This document shows, one piece after another, positions 34,470 through 44,474 of a stretch of DNA of 62,461 nt. The notes under the pieces were generated by a model. That model was not told where the DNA came from and did not search any database. It was given only the letters and a program-made list of their open reading frames with translations. Position 1 is the stretch's first letter; every line of letters starts with the position of its first letter. A program made the translations under genes and the position numbers. The stretch covers positions 1-62,461 of the IMG/VR virus record IMGVR_UViG_3300027719_000005. One strand, 5' to 3'. This DNA is from a virus (taxonomy: Duplodnaviria > Caudoviricetes).

Positions 34470-36446
34470 TTAAAAAGAAGCCTCTGAAATAATATTATTT
34501 TTTCTTCTTGGAGCCTGAACAACCTCTTCCGGTAGGTCCATAAACTTAGTAGCCAACCAAACACAACCAGCAGTAGAGATAACCCTATCGTCTTTTTGTC
34601 CTTCCACTGCACCTAAAGAGCCGTTAGGTTTATACTCGAATGAATCCATCTCATCACAGGCGTAGTTGTCCTTCTCGATGTAAAGTTCATCCCTCAATGC
34701 TCCGTTAAGCGTGTCGATAATCATTGGTTTTGTTGACTTATTGGTATGAAAACCCCATTTTACAGGTGCGCCCTGCTTAACTCTGTCTGGAGTAGTTCTA
34801 GCGTATAAATTGGGGTAGTAGTCCACAATCTCATCGAGAACGGTTAATGTGTGATCCCCTTCCGTGTCATCACCTTTACCCACCAAGGAGTTAACCTCGA
34901 CTGCTAGGAGTCCTTTGTTGTACCACATCCCTAGTTGTGCCGCTTTCCAAGCGAACATATCCTGATCCAAATGTCCATGCCATACCGCACACACCTCTGG
35001 CCTATCTCCAAACATCATCCAGTACCGATCTATAACCTTTATTGTGGAGTAGTCTGCTCCTTCCGATGTTCCCCCAATATCCGCAAACAAGCAGTACCTA
35101 TTCTTTATATTGCTCTCGCGATCCGGTTCTATCCAAACTTTTAAACAGCCCTTGTCGTTTTGAACAAATTCAATATCCTCCAAGGATTCTTTACCCATGA
35201 TGGATTTACCCATTAATTCGCCTACACGTAAAGGTTTTTCACAGGTCTTTCTTGCCCTAGAAACATACATTGGTCTAAACCTTCTCCTTCCGGTAGATTG
35301 AAAAGCCTCTGTTGCAGTGGTTGGAAACTCTGACTTCATGCGCCAATCGTCATAGTTCTCTGCCGCCTTGTAGTTCCGGTACCACATTATACCCTCCAAG
35401 GTTGCGCCCTGTTCCCACTGCCATAACTCATCCTCTGTCCATGACTTAATAAACTGAACAGGGTTATCCACAGGCATCCGGTAACGTTCAATTTCAAACC
35501 ATGCTACAAAAACAGGACTATATGCAGACTCTCCCCTTTCTGCCGCAATCCATTCCCGATGGAAGTAATTACCTACACCCTTTGCCGTACTCTCCTTCAC
35601 TATTAAGGTATTGGGAGAAAAGGGAATGGTATTGGCAACCGATTGGGCTAAATCCTCTGCGGATCGCTTTGGGGTACTTTGCCACAAACCAATTTCGCTA
35701 AGATGGGCCATCGAGAAGTCAAACGATCTCAGGTTTTCGGGTTTTTGTGCCGAACCTACCCCGATTATACAGCCTCTTTCCTTAATAATTCGGGTTTTAG
35801 TTGATCCCTCAAATGGGGTAAACGATAACTCTCCCAGTTCCTTCGGGTAGTATTTAAGCAATCGCGAGTACATCCCTCTGATATTTCTTGATTGCTCCTC
35901 CACATCGGCAACTACAACCGAGTGCCAGTTGGTTAAAAGCCTTGCCTGTATCCAAGCCATGTAGATTTGTACTAACGTAGAGCCGCCCCATTGCCTTGCT
36001 TTAAGCAGAACAACTCTAATAGGAGTGTTAGACAGCCTTAACCTCTCCAGTTCTGCCAGTAATTTTCTTTGAGCTGCATTTAAAACAAAAGGGATAGCCT
36101 GTTTACTCTCCTTGTCCTGAATTTTACAGGCTGTAGCGGCATAAAACTCAAAATCATAATCCAGCCTACAGGATGATATTTCACTCATCATGTGATCCCT
36201 ATTTGAATCTGTAGGGGTAAAGCCTGACTCTAAAAGCAACGTGTCTATATCCCCTCCATTTAATTTCTTGATGAGATCAATCTGCATCATAGGAGTTGGG
36301 AGCCAAAAGCGCACAGGCTTACCCTTAAAGAGAAAAGACAACTCTTCTCTAGGAATCGTTGAACCCTCTCCGGTTATAGGATTATAATGAGGGAATAATT
36401 GTCTATTCCTCTCTGTATTCTGGTGGATTTTTGCCTCTATACTCAT
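34470..36446 (-). CDS. terL: Terminase large subunit
   Basis: LKARQWGGST (Walker A), HLSE (Walker B), ESTA motif, nuclease ADIGG...KDDRV. Confidence 0.93.
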   Translation of the reverse strand: MSIEAKIHQNTERNRQLFPHYNPITGEGSTIPREELSFLFKGKPVRFWLPTPMMQIDLIKKLNGGDIDTLLLESGFTPTDSNRDHMMSEISSCRLDYDFEFYAATACKIQDKESKQAIPFVLNAAQRKLLAELERLRLSNTPIRVVLLKARQWGGSTLVQIYMAWIQARLLTNWHSVVVADVEEQSRNIRGMYSRLLKYYPKELGELSFTPFEGSTKTRIIKERGCIIGVGSAQKPENLRSFDFSMAHLSEIGLWQSTPKRSAEDLAQSVANTIPFSPNTLIVKESTAKGVGNYFHREWIAAERGESAYSPVFVAWFEIERYRMPVDNPVQFIKSWTEDELWQWEQGATLEGIMWYRNYKAAENYDDWRMKSEFPTTATEAFQSTGRRRFRPMYVSRARKTCEKPLRVGELMGKSIMGKESLEDIEFVQNDKGCLKVWIEPDRESNIKNRYCLFADIGGTSEGADYSTIKVIDRYWMMFGDRPEVCAVWHGHLDQDMFAWKAAQLGMWYNKGLLAVEVNSLVGKGDDTEGDHTLTVLDEIVDYYPNLYARTTPDRVKQGAPVKWGFHTNKSTKPMIIDTLNGALRDELYIEKDNYACDEMDSFEYKPNGSLGAVEGQKDDRVISTAGCVWLATKFMDLPEEVVQAPRRKNNIISEASF

Positions 36447-36645
36447 TTTCCATTAGTAGTATTATTCGTTGCACCGACCTCCATGAGACAAAATAGTACT
36501 TGTCCTGAACTTGCGTGTATAAGTACTGCTTTGGTACTTGAGTCGCTAGTTTGCCTAAATCCTTTTGGCATTTGAGAAAGTAAGCATACATATCCCGGTA
36601 CTTCTCATCAACGCAGGAATCTCTTCTTTTTCTTGGTTTTGACAT
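36403..36645 (-). CDS. Small basic protein upstream of terL
   Basis: Likely start MSKPRKRR at 36645; overlaps the terL start. Confidence 0.55.
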   Translation of the reverse strand: MSKPRKRRDSCVDEKYRDMYAYFLKCQKDLGKLATQVPKQYLYTQVQDKYYFVSWRSVQRIILLMENEYRGKNPPEYREE

Positions 36646-36668
36646 TGTAATATTGTTAGTAGGTTGCT

Positions 36669-36676
36669 CAAACTTA
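36669..36676 (-). promoter_or_regulatory. Bacteroidota -7 promoter motif for the terL operon
   Basis: TAAGTTTG on the minus strand. Confidence 0.5.
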
Positions 36677-36819
36677 GTACAATATTGTAATATGTAGTAC
36701 GCATATAGTAATAAAGTAATTAACCGATGTATTAACATAATCAGGCTTAATTAATGTAATATGCTTTATTTGGTTTCTAATAGTACAACAAAATACAATA
36801 AAGACTAAATGCAATAACG

Positions 36820-37542
36820 ATGTCTGAAATCAGAGAAAAAGCGTTACAAACGCTCAAGAAAAAATATCCAGATAAGGAGTTTGCAGAGGACGAAGATTTA
36901 ACATCGTACCTAGTTGATCATATCGGAGAGCTGGAGGACTATCAGACTAAAAACTCCGAGGCCAACGGTAAACTTATCGAGATTTTTGAAGCGGAGCCAG
37001 AACTGGTTGCCATTATAAAAGATTTAGTGGCAGGGGCAACGCTCAGAGAGGCATTAGCGCGTCATGTTGATCCTCAAGACTTACAGCCTGTAGAGGGTGA
37101 TCCCGACTATGAGGGATGGACTAAAAACCGAAACGAGCGAGTTTCTAAGTTGGAAGGCAATAAGAAACTAGCCGAGGAACAGCAAAAAAACATTGATTTA
37201 TCCATAGCCCAAGCGGAGGAGTTCGCCCAAGAAAAAGCGATGACTCCAGAGGAAACAAACGCCTTTTTGGATAAAGTGGACGAAACCCTTGCTCCAATTC
37301 TTAACGGAAAGGTGGATAAGAATTTCCTTGAGCAAATGTGGAAGGCTCTGAACTATGAAACCGATTTAACCAGTGCTAGGCAGTTAGGAGAAGCATCTAT
37401 GCTGAATAAAAAAGTTATCGCAGAAAAGGAAAATGTAGTAGGCGATGGACTACCTAATATTAGCGGCAGTGGTGACGAAGTGAAAGCATCACCTCCTAAA
37501 AAGAAGGGATATATAGAACGACTAAAAAACGAAAATTACTAA
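36820..37542 (+). CDS. Putative capsid scaffolding protein
   Basis: Acidic helical 240-aa protein immediately upstream of the capsid gene. Confidence 0.65.
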   Translation: MSEIREKALQTLKKKYPDKEFAEDEDLTSYLVDHIGELEDYQTKNSEANGKLIEIFEAEPELVAIIKDLVAGATLREALARHVDPQDLQPVEGDPDYEGWTKNRNERVSKLEGNKKLAEEQQKNIDLSIAQAEEFAQEKAMTPEETNAFLDKVDETLAPILNGKVDKNFLEQMWKALNYETDLTSARQLGEASMLNKKVIAEKENVVGDGLPNISGSGDEVKASPPKKKGYIERLKNENY

Positions 37543-37554
37543 AACAAACGAGAA

Positions 37555-38949
37555 ATGAAAAGCAATCAAATTTTTAAAATCTTAGCCGCCCTGTTTGTGG
37601 TGGCTCTCGTTGTTCTAGCTGATAGCCTTATTGGAGGTGCGGCTGGAGTAACATTCGCTACCGTTGTGGTAGCAGGAGAAGCAGTAACCGAGCAAGGTGT
37701 TCGGGATGAAACTTCTGGGGTACCCGATTTAGATATGGAGGATATATCTGCTACGGTAGTAGAGATGAATCCGGCACGTACCCCATTGGATACTATGATG
37801 CGGAAAATTCGGAAGGCCGAGAAGATTGAGTCGATGATTAAGAAATTTTACTCAGTAGGATCAGAACCTTTAACCGATATATTAGCCGCCGATGCAACAT
37901 ACGGCACTTACGCCTATGCTTCTGGAGATGGGTTAACATCTAGGACTTTCAAGGTAGAAAATCCTTCCATTTGGGCTGTAGATGACACTTTGCTTGCAAG
38001 GGATGTGGTTGTTTTAAAAACAAAGGTAGTGGGTGTTATTGGAACCCCTGCCAATGAAACTACCGAAGATATTGTATTCTATGTAAACAGTATAAGTGCT
38101 AATGGTATTGAGTTAATTCCTCTTAATGGTATTAAAGGATCAGGCGCAAATGCCGCTAAGTATGTTATTCCAGACATGACCGCAGGTAGAGTATTCTACA
38201 GAATGGGTGTGGCTAAGAATGAAATGGATATTCAGCACGATCAGTTTGCATTGCTACCAGAACCAGAGGACAACTACTGCCAGTACTTTATTTCACAAAT
38301 TGAAGAATCTACCTTCCAACGTTTAACCAAAAAAGAGGTTAACTGGGGCTTTAGCGATTTTGAGAGACAGAACCTTTACGGCATGAAAGCTAAAATGGAA
38401 ATGTCGTTTGTGAATGGTATTAAGGCGATAGTTTATAATACAGACAAGAAAAACAAACGATACACCACCGAGGGTATTGCCCGAAGAGTAGGCCACTTAG
38501 TTGATTATACAAAATCAGCCGGGGTAACTCAGGACAACTACCTAACTTGGATGGAAACCGTATTTACAGGCAATAGCGGTTCTCAGGAGCGTTTGCTATT
38601 TGGAGGTAGCACCCTAATTAAACGACTACACAAGGTAGAAGATATTGCGAAACAGCTTAAAGGTAGCGAGACTAAGGTTAAATGGGGCATTGAGGTAAAC
38701 GAGATTGTTACCAATTTTGGTAAACTATACATCTACCATCACCCACTATTCTCCTTGACTGGATGGGCTGATAACGGTATGATCTTAGATATGGAGCATG
38801 TTAGAAAGCATGAGTTCATGCCTATGAAAGTTACCGATCTAGACCTAATTACTAGCGGACAGCGTAATGCAAAAGCGAGAGTAATTGCGGAGGCATCCTG
38901 CGTAACATTGCAGTACCCTGACTGTCACGCCATGATTGTAGGTAAGTAG
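37555..38949 (+). CDS. Major capsid protein
   Basis: 464 aa; TPLD, NYCQYF, RYTTEGI, TNFGKL..HPLF motifs; followed by a strong terminator. Confidence 0.82.
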   Translation: MKSNQIFKILAALFVVALVVLADSLIGGAAGVTFATVVVAGEAVTEQGVRDETSGVPDLDMEDISATVVEMNPARTPLDTMMRKIRKAEKIESMIKKFYSVGSEPLTDILAADATYGTYAYASGDGLTSRTFKVENPSIWAVDDTLLARDVVVLKTKVVGVIGTPANETTEDIVFYVNSISANGIELIPLNGIKGSGANAAKYVIPDMTAGRVFYRMGVAKNEMDIQHDQFALLPEPEDNYCQYFISQIEESTFQRLTKKEVNWGFSDFERQNLYGMKAKMEMSFVNGIKAIVYNTDKKNKRYTTEGIARRVGHLVDYTKSAGVTQDNYLTWMETVFTGNSGSQERLLFGGSTLIKRLHKVEDIAKQLKGSETKVKWGIEVNEIVTNFGKLYIYHHPLFSLTGWADNGMILDMEHVRKHEFMPMKVTDLDLITSGQRNAKARVIAEASCVTLQYPDCHAMIVGK

Positions 38950-38970
38950 TAATTATAAGTAAATAATCTT

Positions 38971-39007
38971 AAAAAAGGGGAGGGTGAAAAATCCCCTCCC
39001 CTTTTTT
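38971..39007 (+). terminator. Rho-independent terminator
   Basis: AAAAAAGGGGAGGG...CCCTCCCCTTTTTT. Confidence 0.88.
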
Positions 39008-39024
39008 CTAACACAGAAAGCACC

Positions 39025-39456
39025 ATGATTAAAACGTATGTTAGCACCAAAACAATAAGCCTAACCACCTCAATTATTGATAAGACTGGGAAGGCTCACC
39101 AGATTAAGTTCGAGAATGGGGCCACTAGCCCATTTAAAAGGTACGCGAAATTCACCACAGCCGACAAAGTAATTCAGGATGCGCTAGAGAGCGATCCAGC
39201 GTTCAATGTTTATTTTGCGCTGGAGAGTTCGGTGGAAGAACCTAAGAAAAATAAAGTAACACCACCCCAAGGTAGCAATGATTCAGGCAGTAAATCTGAT
39301 ACTCCAATTACCGCTTCCGAAGTAACCGATTTTGCACAGGCCAGAGATTACATGGTTAACCTGAATGATGGACTAACCAAGAGTATTCTTAAAAGCAAGG
39401 CCATTGTACTTGAAGAGGCCACCAAGAGAAATATTACATTCCCTAATCTGAAATAG
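39025..39456 (+). CDS. Hypothetical virion-module protein
   Basis: 143 aa after the capsid gene. Confidence 0.6.
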   Translation: MIKTYVSTKTISLTTSIIDKTGKAHQIKFENGATSPFKRYAKFTTADKVIQDALESDPAFNVYFALESSVEEPKKNKVTPPQGSNDSGSKSDTPITASEVTDFAQARDYMVNLNDGLTKSILKSKAIVLEEATKRNITFPNLK

Positions 39457-39458
39457 GA

Positions 39459-40100
39459 ATGACCAGAGCAGAGATCATCGAGCAGGTAATGATTAGGCTA
39501 AACGAGTTAATTCCTCTAGGGGAGGGATTAAACGGTTTAGCCGGGGAGGAAGTTACCCCAATAAGCACTCACATAGACAAGTTGTTGGACGAGTCGGCCA
39601 GAGAAATTCTTCTGATCGCGCCAACCCATCAATGTCCTTTTAAGAGTGCCACAATCACAACACCCAACACAGACACAGACAATAATTACATTATACTGCC
39701 CGATGATTTTCTACGCTTAGTGGGTATGCAGGAGGAGAAATGGGAAGTAGCAGTTTACATCCTGATTGATCCATTGCAACATCCCCAACTATATAATATG
39801 CACAAGAACGTATATATAAGGGGATTGGTAAGCAGACCTGCGGCCTTTATTAAGAGTAAAGTATTTGTGGTAGATACTGTAACCACAGTTAAAAAAATTG
39901 CTGAGCTGTACTCCACTGCTAAGAATAGAATTGTAGTAATGGGGTATATTCCATTGGTTCCCGCAGAGGGTTGTGACGATCCAATTATAAACGCGCTATC
40001 ATGGCTTTGCGCTTCCAAAATATTTGCAATATCAAACCGCGCGGAGGCTAAGATAGCCTATGATTACTACAAGAAAGAAATAGAACTGCTAAACCAGTAG
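39459..40100 (+). CDS. Head-tail adaptor / tail tubular A-like protein
   Basis: MTRAEIIEQV...YIILPDDFLRL...ALSWLCAS pattern. Confidence 0.65.
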   Translation: MTRAEIIEQVMIRLNELIPLGEGLNGLAGEEVTPISTHIDKLLDESAREILLIAPTHQCPFKSATITTPNTDTDNNYIILPDDFLRLVGMQEEKWEVAVYILIDPLQHPQLYNMHKNVYIRGLVSRPAAFIKSKVFVVDTVTTVKKIAELYSTAKNRIVVMGYIPLVPAEGCDDPIINALSWLCASKIFAISNRAEAKIAYDYYKKEIELLNQ

Positions 40101-41174
40101 ATGATGACTCCCCAAGAACTCACACAGCTAATAATGAACTACGTTGATGAGGCTATTGCCAATAAGATCAGCGAGAACAGGTTCAACCCGGTTAAACTAT
40201 CAGCCACATTCGCTGAGTGGGAGCGAATATATATGGGGAAGTATGATGGGAACGAGGTGGTAACACACAGCACTCTTCGCCAATTGATGAATCAGTTGGA
40301 TGTGGTGTACGATTACAACCTGGTTCAGTCAAGCAATGATGCGCTGGATAGGGTAATATGGATAACTCCAAACCTAGCCGCACAGAACAACCCGACATCT
40401 GGGAGTAGAGCCTTAATATCCGCAGTAACCAATTTAGTTATTACCGGAGCAGGTGCAAAACCTATTTTAAATGTTAATCCCCTTGATGCTTCGTTCACCC
40501 TCGCGGGAAATATAAGCATTGGAGGAATAGCGTATAACTCCACTGATGATAAGTGGTACTACAGTAGGGCCAATGGAGTAATTGCAGATTTTAAAACAGG
40601 CACACTTTTACCCGAAGAGGTAAGCGGATTACCAGAACACCTTGCTAGCTATGGTATTTTATCCAGCGCGGTATCCGATCATATTGCCCTTACAAACGCA
40701 CATCTCGAACCAGATGGAACAACCATAAAGGTTACAACAGGAAAATTAGAGGCTCAACTACACACCTTCGCCAACTATTTTGATGTAGTAGGAAGGGCTG
40801 TATCCTTAAAGTATAACACGGACGATTTTAATATAGTTGATGGGGTTTTCACATTCAAAAGGAGTATTCCTGATATAACCTCATTAAGTCAAACTGTAGT
40901 AAGTAACACCCAGAGTATAGTTACGATTAATGAAGCATTAATATCTCTCGATTTAAGGGTAACAGAGTTAGAGTCAGGGGAAGTTATTCCGGGAGGAGGA
41001 ACTACAGGGGAGGTGATAACAATAACCGACAGCACTGGTACTCCTAAGTGGTATATCAAGGCAGTTGGAAATAGTTTAGGATTCTACAACGCAAGCAATG
41101 TATTAGTGGCCTCGTTGTCAAGTACAGGGGCAGTATCGGCCAAGGACGAAGTTAGCGCATACAGCAACATATAA
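40101..41174 (+). CDS. Putative tail/fibre-attachment protein
   Basis: 357 aa, fibre-like C-terminus ending EVSAY. Confidence 0.55.
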   Translation: MMTPQELTQLIMNYVDEAIANKISENRFNPVKLSATFAEWERIYMGKYDGNEVVTHSTLRQLMNQLDVVYDYNLVQSSNDALDRVIWITPNLAAQNNPTSGSRALISAVTNLVITGAGAKPILNVNPLDASFTLAGNISIGGIAYNSTDDKWYYSRANGVIADFKTGTLLPEEVSGLPEHLASYGILSSAVSDHIALTNAHLEPDGTTIKVTTGKLEAQLHTFANYFDVVGRAVSLKYNTDDFNIVDGVFTFKRSIPDITSLSQTVVSNTQSIVTINEALISLDLRVTELESGEVIPGGGTTGEVITITDSTGTPKWYIKAVGNSLGFYNASNVLVASLSSTGAVSAKDEVSAYSNI

Positions 41175-44100
41175 TGAACCAGAGTAGCCCTAGAAAATAT
41201 ATCGTACTGTTAACGGCAGGTGAAAAACCTACCGTTCCTGTACCTAGTAACTTGTCTCCAGTTGACATCAACTGGAAGTCAACTGATATAATGATAGGTC
41301 AGTCAGCCTACAATGTGGTTGATAAAAAATGGTACATCAGGGATTCAAGAGGGATAACGGAGTCAACCGATCAGCGATTTAAGGATGTAGGGGATTCATT
41401 AACTCAAATATACGCCTACATTAATGGTCAAACCTCTGGATTACCTAGTTATTTCCAGATAATGAATGAAGGGCTACCCAATGAGTACTTGAGACTTAAG
41501 AAGCCCCTTGGTTGCGATTATGATATTCAGGCATATACCAATAGTGGACAGTTCCCGCTTACTATTTGGGAGTCTCTACCATACGCTTCTGATTTAAGCA
41601 TTGGGGGTATAAAGTACAATCCCGATCAGTTTGAGCTTAACAATGTTTACCAATTAACACTAAAAGGAGGTGTCGTAACACCAACCGCACACACTCACTC
41701 ATGGAGTGATATTACAAGCGGTGTACCCACTGAGTATAACCCTTCAACTCACGGATTAATAAGTGATAGGCACTCAGCATCAGGACTTACGGCAGGACAT
41801 TTTTTAAGGGCCACATCTGCATCCGCATACGATTTTTTAGCACTAACCAAGGAAGATATTACAAATCTTCTCGCGGATTGGTTTGTAATTGCAGGAACAG
41901 CCCCAAATCAATACATCCGATGCAAGTACCCATTTGCTAGTGATTATGAGATACAGGCATATACCAATTCAGGGCAACTCCCTTCTACAATATGGGAGAG
42001 TATGCCGATGGCAACATCAACCTCTATTGGGGGAATTATTTTAAATACAGCGCAATTTGAATACAATAGCAGTAACCAGCTAACAATAAAAGATGGTATA
42101 ATAGCCCCAAAAGAACACACCCATAGTATTATTTATCAACCCAACGGACTTAATGGATTTGTTTACACCGACAATGCCGGGAATCTGTTTATAGATGGTA
42201 ATATTATTCAGAATGGAAGTACTTACGAAACACACGCAGAGCAGGTTTATACCAAGAACAATACTATAATTCTTAGAGACGAGGCCGTTGCAGGATTGGC
42301 TGTTGGGGAGTATGCTGGACTTGTTGCAAAAATGTATGATGGAGTAAATGATGGGTTGCTCATTTATGACAAAGATGGAATTGCTAGAGTAGGAGACGCT
42401 GGGAGTTTACAGCCATTGACTACAAGAATAGAAACCCCATCTAACGGTTATTTTGCATACTGGGAATCGCCAGGCACAAGATTAAACTTTAAGCAGATTG
42501 CCAAAACAGATATTCCTTCTACTGTGGTTTACACCGATCAGGCAAATGTATTTGGCGATTATGCTCAATCCTTTAAAGATAATATATTAAGAATATACAA
42601 CCCCGCAAACACATACTACTACACACTAACAGCAGGGGCTATCGCGGCTAACAGAATACTTAACTTTCCTGTGCTTACCGCAACAGACACAATAGTTACA
42701 GAAAATCACACCCAAACGTTAACGAACAAGACTATAAGCGCAACCGGGAACACCGTTCTTGCAGAGTGGTTTGAAATTGTTAACGCAGGACAATCTGGAG
42801 AGTATCTTCGGGTAAAGAAGCCCCTTGGATGCGATTACGATATTCAAGCATACACTAATTCAGGACAATTCCCGCTTACTATTTGGGAAAGTCTACCAAT
42901 TGCGTCAACAACATCGTTTGGAATAGTCAAAATAGGCTCTGGTATTAATGTTACAAATGGACTTTTAAGCGTTGCTTCTGGAGCAGGAATGGTTTACCCG
43001 GGTGCAGGGATAGCTTTATCAACAGGAAGTGCGTGGGGAGCATCTATTGCAAACAACTCCGAGAACTGGAATACTGCCTACACATACTCACAAGTAGGAC
43101 ATCTTCCTCTTGGTGGAGGAACAATGGCTAATACGAATCTAGTATCGAATCTTAATGCAGATTTACTAGATGGACAACAAGGTAGTTATTATGCAGTTGC
43201 TTCAATTTATCCAGCAACAGGACTCTCAACAGGTTATTTACCCTATAAATCATTAACAAGTTTAAGTAATAGCCCTATTTACACTAACGGAACTAGCATA
43301 GGTTTAGGAACAACAGATATTGAAGCATGGAGTACATCGTATAAAGGTATTGAATTTGCCAGTACTGCAATAATGGGAGGTGTATCAAATTCATCATTAC
43401 TATTAACGGCTAATGCTTATTATGATGGAGACTGGAAATACAAAGCAACAAGTACTGCTGGGGTTTTTTCTGTTGACGATACATATCTATCCTATCGTCA
43501 GGCTGTTTCAGGCACAGTAGATACTAAAATTACATGGACTACCCCATTTCAAATAGATGTTGACGGAAATTCTATATTTACTGGTAATATGGCAGTCGGA
43601 ACGACAATTTCAGATTACCATAAATTAAGAGTATCTATATCGCCAACCGATAGTTTATCAGGAAGTTCAGTATTTTCTTGTTACGGTTATCCAACCTACA
43701 CAGGTGCAGAAACGGCATCAGAGTCATACTACGGATTTAGAGCATATCTCTATCCTATTATTAATACTGACCATAATAATTCAGGAAGTATAATTAGTAG
43801 CTATGTTAGTAATCTTCGAAATAGCAATGATGCTTCGGCAGATGATAATGGAACATTGGCGAGTTTGGTAGGAAGTCAAATTACATATGGTCATTATCTT
43901 ACAAATTCATCTGCTACGCCAATAACAACGACTGCTTATGGATTATACATTGTTCCAAATTATAGAACAGGTACAATTACCAATATGTTTGATATTTATT
44001 TAGCGGGAGAGTCTACTGGAGGTACTGCTACTAACAGATGGGGAATATACCAAGCAAATAGTAAGAATAATAAACTTGAAGGAAGCCTCGGACTTGGAAT

Positions 44101-44467
44101 TACCCCTACCGAAAAATTACACGTAAGCGGGAATATTCTTGCAACTGGAGAAGTTACCGCATACTATTCTTCTGATATTAGATTAAAGAAAAATATAGTT
44201 GATTTTAGCGGCATTACAATTATTGAGCAATTAGCTCCCAAGATGTTTAACTGGAATAATACTGCTAAAAAGCTAAACACTCAGAAAAATGACACCGATC
44301 AGTACGGTGTAATTGCCCAAGAGTTAGAGCAAGTGCTACCCGGATTGGTACATCCGATCTACGGTAAGTATAAAAGCGTTGATTACATCCAGCTTATTCC
44401 AATATTAATACAAGGGATAAAAGAGTTAAAACAAGAAATAACCGAACTGAAAATGACCATAAAATAA
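41174..44467 (+). CDS. Tail fibre with C-terminal peptidase S74 intramolecular chaperone
   Basis: HTH fibre repeats, NLNADLLDG, SSDIRLKKNI...GVIAQE...VDY...IKEL. Confidence 0.88.
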   Translation: MNQSSPRKYIVLLTAGEKPTVPVPSNLSPVDINWKSTDIMIGQSAYNVVDKKWYIRDSRGITESTDQRFKDVGDSLTQIYAYINGQTSGLPSYFQIMNEGLPNEYLRLKKPLGCDYDIQAYTNSGQFPLTIWESLPYASDLSIGGIKYNPDQFELNNVYQLTLKGGVVTPTAHTHSWSDITSGVPTEYNPSTHGLISDRHSASGLTAGHFLRATSASAYDFLALTKEDITNLLADWFVIAGTAPNQYIRCKYPFASDYEIQAYTNSGQLPSTIWESMPMATSTSIGGIILNTAQFEYNSSNQLTIKDGIIAPKEHTHSIIYQPNGLNGFVYTDNAGNLFIDGNIIQNGSTYETHAEQVYTKNNTIILRDEAVAGLAVGEYAGLVAKMYDGVNDGLLIYDKDGIARVGDAGSLQPLTTRIETPSNGYFAYWESPGTRLNFKQIAKTDIPSTVVYTDQANVFGDYAQSFKDNILRIYNPANTYYYTLTAGAIAANRILNFPVLTATDTIVTENHTQTLTNKTISATGNTVLAEWFEIVNAGQSGEYLRVKKPLGCDYDIQAYTNSGQFPLTIWESLPIASTTSFGIVKIGSGINVTNGLLSVASGAGMVYPGAGIALSTGSAWGASIANNSENWNTAYTYSQVGHLPLGGGTMANTNLVSNLNADLLDGQQGSYYAVASIYPATGLSTGYLPYKSLTSLSNSPIYTNGTSIGLGTTDIEAWSTSYKGIEFASTAIMGGVSNSSLLLTANAYYDGDWKYKATSTAGVFSVDDTYLSYRQAVSGTVDTKITWTTPFQIDVDGNSIFTGNMAVGTTISDYHKLRVSISPTDSLSGSSVFSCYGYPTYTGAETASESYYGFRAYLYPIINTDHNNSGSIISSYVSNLRNSNDASADDNGTLASLVGSQITYGHYLTNSSATPITTTAYGLYIVPNYRTGTITNMFDIYLAGESTGGTATNRWGIYQANSKNNKLEGSLGLGITPTEKLHVSGNILATGEVTAYYSSDIRLKKNIVDFSGITIIEQLAPKMFNWNNTAKKLNTQKNDTDQYGVIAQELEQVLPGLVHPIYGKYKSVDYIQLIPILIQGIKELKQEITELKMTIK
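41498..42898 (+). repeat. Three internal repeats in the tail fibre (41498-41581, ~41924-42007, 42815-42898)
   Basis: KKPLGCDYDIQAYTNSGQFPLTIWESLP twice, plus one diverged copy. Confidence 0.9.
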
Positions 44468-44474
44468 TAATACC

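Noticed and set aside
41498-42898. Diversity-generating retroelement TR/VR pair
   Set aside because: Differences are synonymous and not adenine-specific, both copies are in-frame coding, and no reverse transcriptase is present.
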